Source: an uncultured cyanobacterium (GTDB lineage Bacteria > Cyanobacteriota > Cyanobacteriia > Cyanobacteriales > Cyanobacteriaceae). From it: a stretch of DNA of 64,000 bases. The stretch is taken from assembly GCA_963710605.1 (NCBI GenBank), contig CAVQBA010000002.1, positions 64,001 to 128,000 on the forward strand, given 5' to 3'. The notes under the pieces are model-generated. The model was not told the DNA's origin, did no database searches, and saw nothing but the letters and a program-made list of their open reading frames with translations. Shown here piece after piece: positions 54,656 to 64,000 of the stretch; within the stretch, counting starts at the first letter, position 1; the number at the start of each line of letters is the position of its first letter. The position numbers and the translations under genes were made by a program.

Positions 54656-54812
54656 CAATTGACACTCACACCAGATTCTTTGGATAAATGATTCACAAAC
54701 GTTATAAAGTAAAGAAAAATATATTTTTGTTAATTATATACTTCATAGATAGAAAAAATTAGATCTAATTCTTGTATTTAGATTACTTAAATTATTCTTT
54801 ATTTTTTAAATT

Positions 54813-55487
54813 ATGCCTAATGTACCTCTTGTTAGTGTTATTGTCGTTGCTAGAAATAGCGAAAAATATTTAGTAGAAGCAATCGATAGCATCATAGCTC
54901 AAACTTATCCTAATTTAGAAATCATTTTAGTTGACGGGCAATCAAGCGATAATACAGCCACTATTGCTAAGTCTTATCCACAAATTAAATATGTTTATCA
55001 GGATACTCTTGGTTTATCTAATGCTAGAAATTTAGGTATCGAAAATACTAAGGGTGAGTTTCTTTCTTTTTTAGATAGTGACAATCGTTGGAGTAGTGAT
55101 AAAGTTGAGTTACAAGCACAAATATTAATTAACAATCCTGAGATTCAATATGTCAGTGCTAACTTACAACTATTTACTACTCAAGATGACGAGAATTTGA
55201 GACAAGGATACCAAGAAAATGTGTTAAAAGAAGCGAAATGGGCGCGTACTCCCGGTATTTTAATGGCAAGAAAAGAATTATTCAATCGAGTAGGAATGTT
55301 TGCCACTGAATATAAAATAGCAGGAGATTTAGAATGGTTTGTCAAAGTACAAAAACAAAATATACCTACTTTTGCCTTACCTAATGTTTTACTTTATAAA
55401 AGAATCCGAGACAACAGTCTTTCTACTCGTAGTCAAGTAAATCGTCAAGAAGTGATGCGAGTATTACATAAATATATGAAAAGTTAA
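54813..55487 (+). CDS. GT2 glycosyltransferase
   Basis: VSVIV, VDGQSSDNT, ARNLGI, FLDSD. Confidence 0.9.
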   Translation: MPNVPLVSVIVVARNSEKYLVEAIDSIIAQTYPNLEIILVDGQSSDNTATIAKSYPQIKYVYQDTLGLSNARNLGIENTKGEFLSFLDSDNRWSSDKVELQAQILINNPEIQYVSANLQLFTTQDDENLRQGYQENVLKEAKWARTPGILMARKELFNRVGMFATEYKIAGDLEWFVKVQKQNIPTFALPNVLLYKRIRDNSLSTRSQVNRQEVMRVLHKYMKS

Positions 55488-55529
55488 CTAACTATTGATA
55501 CTTCTTGATGGCGGATAAATGATTATTAT

Positions 55530-56477
55530 CTACATTGAAGATTGTCGGAGTTTGATAGCTAGTTTTTCTTTCAAATCTGAAGAAATTTCGCTTGATTGAG
55601 ATTTTTGTTTAATAGACCAATGATTAGCAAAAGACTTGTGGGTTAATTGTTCTAACTCATTTGTCCAATTGGTAAAAGTATCTGCTAAAGTAGTCTCTAG
55701 TAACTCCACATCAAGTAAAAACTTTTCGGATTGAAAATCGATAACTTTTTTTGGTACTATCGCTGTCATTTGTTGAGAAGGAAACCAATCAAACCCTCGC
55801 TTAAAACTTTTTCTACGGGCAATTTTTTGTACTAACCACCCTATCCAATGAGTTGTGTCAATTATTTTCATTGTTTGATAGCTACTAGGAAGATAATTTT
55901 TTTTAAAATTGGGAGGAATAAAAGAACAATCGACTCCCAGCCAAGAAAATAAACGTTGAAAAAATTGTTCTGGTGAAGTCGTTAAGGCTTCTAAAGTATC
56001 AATATAAACTGATTGTATTCCGAATAATTGAACATATGGTTTGAGTTGGTAAGCGTAATAGCTACTGTTTAATGTAGTATCATATCGAATCGGCGATCGT
56101 ATTAATCAAAGATCTTACTTCATAGTGTTTTTTAACCAAATGTTTGTATTGGCTTATCATTCTTTCTAAAGGATTGCGTATGATGTAAATAATCTTAGCT
56201 TCAGGTGAGTAATCATATATTCTTTGTGCTACATTTTTTTTAAAAAGCATTCTTGAATAACTAGAACTAGATTCACCAATATACAATTCACTACTTGCTT
56301 CTTGAAAAAGCTCTAAATACTCTTGTTCGGTTAGTCCTAAATTACGAGAAGTAGAGAAAAATCTGGCTCTTTAACCTCAGACATGAATATCTCTGGATGT
56401 GAACTTAAATAATTATGTAGCGATGTTGTTCCTGATTTCATCGCACCTATAATAAACAAGTTCGGTTTATTCGTCAT
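55530..56477 (-). CDS. Sulfotransferase, frameshifts near 56360 and 56085
   Basis: PNLFIIGAMKSGTTSL PAPS loop, HPEIF..KEP, IRNPLERMIS; frames join. Confidence 0.82.
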
Positions 56478-56503
56478 AAAAATAAAGATAGTTTTGATTT
56501 TAA

Positions 56504-57877
56504 ATGCTTAAAATACTTCATATAATTCCTAGGTTATCAAATGCAGGACCAACTCGTACCTTACTAGTAATTATTCAATCTTTAAAAAGAATCAATCCAA
56601 CAATCACTCATAGTATTATTAGTTTAGATAAAAATGTTCATCCTTTTGTCGCTTTAAGAGTAAAAAAAGCAGGGATTAATATAATTAAGACAGAAAATTT
56701 AGATACTACTAAAAAAGAAATTGAAAAAGCAGATATAGTACAAATCCATTTTTGGAATAATCCTTTAATGTACGAGTTTAAGATCGAATTTACCACCGAT
56801 GCGGTTACTATTCTGGTTTAAAATTTTAGGCTATTATGCACCTCAAGTAATTACCAAAGAATTAATAAAATGTAGTGACTATTGTCTAGTTTCTTCTCCT
56901 GCAAGTCTTTCTCTTCCATGTTTCGATAAATTAGCCAATAAAGATAATCAAGTTAGTTTTGCTCTTTCACCTGCTGATTTTACTCGCCTTAAAGATATCA
57001 CTTTTCAACCTCACGATGGTTTTAATGTGGGTTATATTGGTACTGCTAATTTTACCAAGATTCATCCTCAGTTTGTGCAGATGAGTAGTAAAGTCGATCG
57101 TCAGGATACTAAGTTTATCATTTGTGGTGGCAACGACAAAGACTTAAAACAACAAGCTGATAAATTAAATGTTACTCAAAATTTTGAATTTGTAGTTACG
57201 TTGATAAAATTAAAGAAGTATTAGAAATAATCGATGTCTTTGGCTATCCTCTTTCTTCTGATAACTATGCCACATCCGAACAGGCTTTGCAAGAGGCTAT
57301 GTATGCCCAAATTCCTCCTGTTGTATTCGATTATGGTGGGATGAATAGTTTGGTTAAAGATCAAGAAACTGGTTTATTAGTCAATAGTGAAGCAGAATAT
57401 ACTGAAGCAATCGAACTCTTATACGATAATCCTTCTTTGAGAATAAAATTGGGTAAACAAGCTCAAAAATACGCTCAAGAAAACTTTCAACCTGAGAAAA
57501 CCGCCCAAATTACAGTGGATGTGTATCAAAAGTTAATGAGTCAAGCAAAAAATGATTATCGAGGCTTAGAAGATAGTATCAATACGCCTAGTGAAGGGTT
57601 TGCTTCTTCTTTTGGAGATAAGGGAAAAGCTTTCTGGGAAAGCCTCAAAGGGAATAATATTACGATCGCTCATCAAACTATTGCCCAAGCATCTAATGTT
57701 TGTACCTTTGCAGAAGGTGGAATTTTTCAGTATCGTAATACCTATCCCCACGACCCTTATTTGCGATTGTGGGCGGGTTTAATTCTCAAACAAATAGGGA
57801 GAGAAGAACAAGCTAAAAAAGAGTTTGAAGAGGCTTCAAACCTCGGTATCGATCGTAATTTAATCCCTTCAGTATAG
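56504..57877 (+). CDS. GT4 glycosyltransferase, frameshifts near 56780 and 57195
   Basis: KILHII, VGYIG, EQALQEAMYAQIPPVV, ETGLLV across three ORFs. Confidence 0.82.
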
Positions 57878-57909
57878 AACAATATTTTATCTATTAGTTT
57901 CAGATATTG

Positions 57910-58069
57910 GTAGTTGTTTCAAATAAAAATGAGATAATTTGTGATTTAAAATACTAGTTTAATTTATTAAACGGATTTTGTTAGCCTTGCAATGATAATT
58001 GCTCGTCGGGTTTAGTACTCAAATTTTTCGGTGAATACTAGTATCTCATTCTAAATTGAAATGACTATA
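57910..58069. repeat. Copy of the 16608-16775 element
   Basis: Shared termini and REP-like core. Confidence 0.75.
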
Positions 58070-58155
58070 ACCCTTTTTTGTTACTTTCTATAAACGCTTA
58101 CAATTTATCAGTTTTATTTTCTAACCAAACAAATTAATTATAATAACAAAATAAG

Positions 58156-58869
58156 CTATAAAATATTAATTTTAAAAGTATTTTTGAGATATTCTAACAT
58201 AGACGAAATACTATTTTCTTGTTTTACTTGTTGTTGAATTTTTTGGAAATATAACCAATCAAATTGTGAGGTAGAGGTAATAATTTGAATAGCATCCATA
58301 ATCCAACGATAAGGAGAAACAAATTGAGGATTCTGTCCTTGTATCAATACTTGTAACAACTGATCTTCTGGAGTAAGTATCTTTATTTTATGATTTTTAA
58401 ATTTAATAGTTTTTAGATTACTTATTAATTTTTTTTCTAGTTCTAAATCTTGATAATGATTTTCTGATTCTAGATTATTTTGTAATAAGTATTGGTATAT
58501 ATCTAGTTTGACAGATGTTTTTCGATGTAGAAAACGTAAAATATTATTAACATAAGTTGGTGATATTTCTTGCCAGTTATTACTTAATAAAAGTTCTTTA
58601 AAATAATCTATCTTTTCATAATTAAGTGATAAATCTATTTCTTCTACTGGACGTAACACTAAATCTGGATAGTAAGCTAAATTAATAGCTGTACCTCTAA
58701 TCGCAAATAGAGATATATTTTGACGATCGGTTAAACTTAAAAGACGATCGAGTTGAGTATAAAGTAACTGGTTTTTATACCAAAATTTACGAGATAAACC
58801 TTTCATTAAAGGCGTGTAAGGAGATTCTATATTGTACTTATTTAATCTATGATAAAGAGTAGGAATAAC
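58156..58869 (-). pseudogene. Nucleotidyltransferase-family (NTP_transf_5-like) gene, 5'-truncated
   Basis: RGTA..LRPVEEIDL, LDI, TPEDQLL, RWIMD; frame open back to a stop at the heptamer repeat. Confidence 0.7.
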
Positions 58870-58911
58870 TTACTTATTACTCCTTACTCCTTACTCCTTA
58901 CTCCTTACTCA
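58870..58911. repeat. Heptamer tandem repeat (TTACTCC)n
   Basis: About 6 units; same unit as 43153-43207. Confidence 0.9.
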
Positions 58912-60174
58912 TTTCTTATTGATTCGACTTTAATTAATTTTATTAAACACATAAAAATGACAATCGTCAAAAAATTAAATATTAATCCTTCTTATATTAT
59001 TCCTATTAACAAAAACTCGATTCCTCGTACAGCTTCAGGAAAAATAAAAAGAAAACAATTAGTTAGTTTTTTCCAAGAGGGTAAATTCGATAATATTATC
59101 AATCAAATTAAAAATAAAACTAAAAAAGAAAGAAAAGAAAAATATATTAAAGCCGAAAATACGATTGAGAAAGAATTACAAATATTATGGTCAAATTTAT
59201 TTAGTCTTAAAAATATCGGTATCCAAGAAAACTTTTTTGATTTAGGCGGCACATCGCTTTTAGCTTCACAATTAGTGAGTATAATTAATAGTAAATTTAG
59301 TGTTAATTTATTAATTGAGAGTATTTTTAAATATCCAACAATTTATCTACTTAGTCAATATATTCAAAACCAAATCGAGCAGAAAAACCAGAAAGAGAAT
59401 AATCAAAAAAGTAGTCTTATCAAAATAAAAAGCGATGGAAAAAAAATACCTTTATATTTTATAAATTCGACTACTGTTGCTTATAATATTTGTCAGTATG
59501 TAGAATCTCAACAACCTTTATTTGGTTTAAATATTTTTGGTGTAACTACTAGAATCAATAAATCATTTGAGCAATTAACTATGGTAGATTTTGCTCAATA
59601 TTTAATTGAAGATTTATTAGAGTTTCAACCTACTGGTAGTTATAAATTAATTACTTTTTGTCAAGATGGTGCTTTAGCTTTAGAGATTGCTCAACAATTG
59701 CAACAAATGGGAAAAAAAGTTGATTCGCTAATCTTGATTGATGTTTTATTTCAAAAAGAAAAACTAAAATTAAGCGATCGATTTAAATTAATCTATAATT
59801 TTAGAATACCTTATCTTAAAACTAAATTAAATTCTTTATTTAATCAAAAAATATTCAAGGATAAGCAATCAAAAAATATAACTAAAGATAGTAAATTAAA
59901 AGAAAAAATAACTTTAGATGAAAAACTTTATCTAGCTTATTTCCGACAAGCAGAAAAATATAATCCGCAGAAATATAATGGTAAAATAATTTCTTTTCTT
60001 TCTCAAGAGTGGAGTAACAAAAAACAAGATAAATTACAATCAATTAGTGAGAATCCAATAAAAAGTATTACGATTAAAATTCCTCATAGTTTAATTTTTT
60101 ATCCACAATATATTCAGAAGTTTATCAAAGAATTAAATGTTATCTTAAATTGTGATTCAAATAACAATTATTAA
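58909..60174 (+). pseudogene. 5'-truncated NRPS/FAAL-like gene: adenylation C-terminal lobe, PCP, thioesterase
   Basis: IPRTASGKIKR (A10), NFFDLGGTSLL (PCP), FQPTGSYKL..FCQDG..ALEIAQQL (TE). Confidence 0.8.
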
Positions 60175-60332
60175 ATACTTGACATAATCTAATAACTACG
60201 ATTGTTTTTTGCATAATGTCTAACTTAGTTATTCTTTTTAATTGAGATTATCAGCTTAAATTTTATTATATATAAATTGCAAATTTATTTTTTATAAACT
60301 GGTCATAAGTAATTTTTTATGCTATAATCTTA

Positions 60333-60398
60333 ATAAGATTGAAGAGTTTCCCCGTTTTGAGCCGTGTGGTTCAGGGCGGGGGACTCGTGCTTATTTTT
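60333..60398 (+). ncRNA. Candidate small RNA (single long hairpin)
   Basis: Extended -10 TGCTATAAT at 60320-60328, GC-rich stem, T-tract. Confidence 0.4.
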
Positions 60399-60613
60399 AT
60401 TAAGAATAAAGAGCCAGATAAATATTGTTTTAATGTCGATCGGGTTATAGTTTTAAGTAAGATAGCAAACAGAAAAATAGTTAGGAAGGAATTTTTTTAA
60501 TTTGATAAATTAAAATTAATCGCTAATCATAGAATACTTAATTAAACGATTCTATGACTAAGAAGTCACTACAAAATCAGAGCTTATTATCAACAATAAG
60601 GCGAGTGAGATAA

Positions 60614-62101
60614 TTAATGATCAGCAAGACTTTCTAAAGCATTAGGTTGATTGTGTATTGCTAATCAATCAATCAAAGTAGCACTAGCTTCATTTAAGCC
60701 AAGTAACTCAACTTCTACACCTCTTTTACGGTATTTTAAAACAATTTTATCGATCGCCATAACAGCACCTTGATCCCAAAGATGAGAATGGGTAAGATCA
60801 ATTACAACAGAATCATATCCTGCTTGGAAATCAAAAATAGCGAGAAAATCATCGACAGAGGCAAAAAATAATTGACCAGATACACTATAAGTACATTTAC
60901 TACCATCTTCACTTTCTTGTTTGTCAACATAAACCATTTTGGCAATTTTACGAGAGAAGAAAATAGTACTTAAAGTAAAACCAATCACAACACCAATGGC
61001 TAAATTATGAGATAAAACTGTGACTAAAACCGTAGTAATCATCACCGCTGTTTCGTTATGAGGAATACGTTTGATATTTTTGATTGATGCCCAGTTAAAT
61101 GTAGTAATCGAAATCATAATCATTACCGCCACCAATGAAGCCATTGGAATCTGTTTTACCCAATTAGCTAAAACAAGCACAAAAAACAGTAAAGCAACTC
61201 CCGTACTTAAGCTAGAAAGCCTCTGTCTTCCTCCTGACTTAATATTAATAACTGTTTGCCCAATCATGGCACAACCTGCAATCCCGCCAAATAATCCCGT
61301 GACAATATTACCTAATCCTTGGGCTTTGGCTTCTCGATTTTTATCACTAGTGGTGTCTGTTAACTCATCTACTAAAGAAGCTGTCAATAAAGTTTCAAGT
61401 AAACCGACAATCGCCATTGTCAGTGCATAAGGAAAAACAATTTGTAGCGTTTCGGAATTTAAAGGTAGTTGAGGCAAAGCAAAAAACGGCAAGCTATCAG
61501 GTAAATCGCCCATGTCTCCAACTGTTGGCACATCGACTTGACCAACGATCGCAAAAGCTGTTAAAGTAACGATCGCAACTAATGGTGATGGTATTGAAGT
61601 TGTTAGTCTGGGTAACAAATAAATTATCCCTAAACCGATCGCTGTCATCAAATATACTGTAATCGGAGCATTAATCAAATGAGGTAGTTGTGATATAAAC
61701 ATCAGTATAGCTAGAGCATTGACAAAACCCACCATAACTGCTCTAGGTACATATTTAATCAAACGCCCTAATTTACAGAGTCCAAAAATTGCTTGGATTA
61801 TACCCATCAAAATGGTGGCGGCAAAAAGATATTCAACTCCATAATCTTTAACTAAATAAACAACTAATAATGCGATCGCACCTGCCGCCCCAGAAATTAA
61901 TCCTGTTCGACCGCCGAATATAGCAGTAATCACAGCAATAGTAAAAGAGCCATATAATCCTAGTTTAGGATCGACCCCCGCCACGATCGAAAAAGCTAAT
62001 GCTTCAGGAATTAAAGCCAATGCCACCACAATACCAGCTAAAATATCTTTAGGAGTATTAGAAAACCATTCACGTCTCAATTTTGATGTTTTACTACTCA
62101 A
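60614..62101 (-). CDS. SulP-family anion (sulfate) transporter with STAS domain; in-frame TGA at 60665-60667
   Basis: [25 protein letters not shown]; frame continues [16 protein letters not shown] after the TGA. Confidence 0.88.
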
Positions 62102-62355
62102 TCAAATTCTCCGTAATGCTATAACAATTAAAATTAATGAATTAAATAAACCTTAAACCTCCTTATATTTTCTACTATCTGAAAATAGGATTTTCTCTTT
62201 GATAGATAACAAATAATACCGTAGATTTATTATTTTTTAGACAATTATTAATAGATAATCTCTAGACAAATAGGTTACAACTATCATTACTATAACTAAG
62301 GATCTATCTCTATTAACGATATTGTAATTAATAGTTAATAATTCAGATAATAGCG

Positions 62356-63495
62356 TTACTTAATAATTTGAGCTAATTCTTCAAACCATTGAATTGTCCG
62401 TGGTGATACTTCATTTTGTTCTTGAATTAATTCAATTACTGATTTTGATGATTCAATGGTTTGTGCTAAATACGAATCAAGTTGTGATTGAGAGATTAAA
62501 TGAGCTTGAATTAAGTATTCTTCTAATAACAAGATTTGTTTTTCGGCAACAATTAAAGGTAATTTTTCGACAAAAAAAGTGATTGTTTCTGGAGATAATA
62601 AACCTTGCTCAACAGCTATTTCTCCTATGCGTATATTATATTCTCTTTGTTTTTGTATTTGTAAGAGTGTTGCGACTTCTTCAGATGATAAGATACCTGC
62701 TTTGTAAAGTAACATTCCTAGAGGTAAAGATTTTAAATCCATAATCGGATCATTAATATATCTTTTTGAGCGAAATTTAACTACATCGACAAAAAAAGGA
62801 ACACTATCAACTAGATAACGTTTCCATAATCTTTTAGGCTCGGCAACTAAACGATAAAACCATTCAAGTCCTGCATTACTCATCCATTTAGGGGCACGAC
62901 TTGTTTTTCCCGCTTCAAAATCAATCGTGGCACCGATAGGTAAATAAATCTTAATTTTCGGCATTAGATGACGATATTTTAAAATCCATTTTTCTTGCTT
63001 GGGTGCACCAACACCGATAGCAAGAATATTTGCACCTGAATTATTAATTTTTTCAACTATTTCTAAACATTCAGTTTCATTTTTTTCAAAACCAAAGCTA
63101 GGAGATAATGCCGAAACAACTATCTCTCTACCTACTTTATTATTAATATTTGTTTTGGCTTGTTCAGCGACACTATCTGTACCACCTAAAATAAAAATTT
63201 TAACTTTTTCGTTGTTTTTATGATATTCGTAAAAAGCAGGAAATAAATCAGAACCTGAAATTTTTTCTGGTACTGGCTGACCTGAGAATTTCATTCCATA
63301 TTGAAGAATACGACTATCACAAACGACACAGTCAGCAATACGATATATTTTTAAAAAATCTGGATCTGTTTTTAGTTTGACTAAATGATCGACGTTAGGA
63401 GTTAAAATTAAAAGCGTTTCGTTATTAGTTCTTTCTAATAATTCTGATAGCTTAATATTATCTAAATCAATGTTTAAAAAGTTAATTTTGGTCAT
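62356..63495 (-). CDS. WecB/TagA/CpsF glycosyltransferase with C-terminal MshEN-like repeats
   Basis: TPNVDH, GSDL, GVGAPKQEKW, GLEWFYRL..EPKRLWKRY; LGxxLxxAGILS..Q motifs. Confidence 0.88.
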   Translation of the reverse strand: MTKINFLNIDLDNIKLSELLERTNNETLLILTPNVDHLVKLKTDPDFLKIYRIADCVVCDSRILQYGMKFSGQPVPEKISGSDLFPAFYEYHKNNEKVKIFILGGTDSVAEQAKTNINNKVGREIVVSALSPSFGFEKNETECLEIVEKINNSGANILAIGVGAPKQEKWILKYRHLMPKIKIYLPIGATIDFEAGKTSRAPKWMSNAGLEWFYRLVAEPKRLWKRYLVDSVPFFVDVVKFRSKRYINDPIMDLKSLPLGMLLYKAGILSSEEVATLLQIQKQREYNIRIGEIAVEQGLLSPETITFFVEKLPLIVAEKQILLLEEYLIQAHLISQSQLDSYLAQTIESSKSVIELIQEQNEVSPRTIQWFEELAQIIK

Positions 63496-63687
63496 GACAA
63501 TAAGAACTTATCTTTAGGATAATTTACTCATAAAATTTTAATAAAAAATCGATCGATAGTAAAAAAATAGCTGATTTTTAATAAATTAAGATTTATTTGA
63601 TTTAGTAGAACAAACCAAAAATTCGCTTTCAAGCCTTAAACATTGGTTGATGAACAGCCATAAATAAAACTGACTGTTTATCATAAC

Positions 63688-64000
63688 TTATTGTGCTAAG
63701 ACAAAACCTAAAAAATTGAGATTATAATTTTGGATTCTTTCTATAGCATCAACAACTGACGATTGAGAAGTTTGTTTTAACTTAACAACCATAACAATAC
63801 CTTGAGTTTTCTGAGCTAATAAACTCAAATAATGAGAATCTAAAAATGAAGAAGTATTATACAGCACCAAATTATAATCTTCAGCGATTGATTTAATTTT
63901 TGCTTGAGTTTCTTCTGCACCAAGATGTAAAGGTATATCTGAATTTTTCGTTCCCGCCGTCAAAATAGAAATACCAGTATTTGTACTAGATTTTGTCTGT
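63688..64000 (-). CDS. C-terminus of a Wzc/GumC-like polysaccharide chain-length regulator (partial)
   Basis: ILTAG, YNLVLYNT, GIVMVVKLKQT, LGFV end; open to the window edge. Confidence 0.7.
   Translation of the reverse strand, partial: QTKSSTNTGISILTAGTKNSDIPLHLGAEETQAKIKSIAEDYNLVLYNTSSFLDSHYLSLLAQKTQGIVMVVKLKQTSQSSVVDAIERIQNYNLNFLGFVLAQ

Noticed and set aside
58849-58908. N-terminus MIKSRNNLLITPYSLLLTPYS of the NRPS-like ORF
   Set aside because: It is translation of the antisense nucleotidyltransferase sequence and the heptamer repeat, not a native start

Overview
AT-rich (low-GC) unicellular cyanobacterial chromosome segment; gene content and abundant CGATCG sites suggest a Cyanobacterium/Geminocystis-like organism (inference). 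Core content: pentapeptide-repeat genes, Uma2, peptide ABC permeases, trpF, psaK, a bicA-sbtA-sbtB bicarbonate-uptake cluster with NdhR/CcmR-type boxes, higBA, FdhF/YdeP oxidoreductase, iaaA, gltA, sixA, glmM, rimP-nusA-ylxR-infB, a GH13_18 phosphorylase, cobQ, ctpB, an SLH porin, an Hsp70-like gene, tocopherol genes and the edge of a polysaccharide locus. Accessory features: (1) a 344-bp ORF-less IS200/IS605-type element upstream of rimP that keeps a promoter and a TnpB-omegaRNA-like RNA; (2) a small island with a Phd-PemK pair divergent from a HipA-like kinase + HipS-HIRAN operon; (3) a pentapeptide cassette lying between iaaA and an orphan second copy of the iaaA 3' end; (4) two 5'-truncated genes (nucleotidyltransferase, NRPS/FAAL-PCP-TE) fused back to back at a heptamer repeat; (5) nested MITEs with clear TIRs and TSDs. 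About a dozen single-base frameshifts, one of them in essential infB, probably reflect sequencing/assembly error. All calls come from reading motifs by eye; no searches were run.
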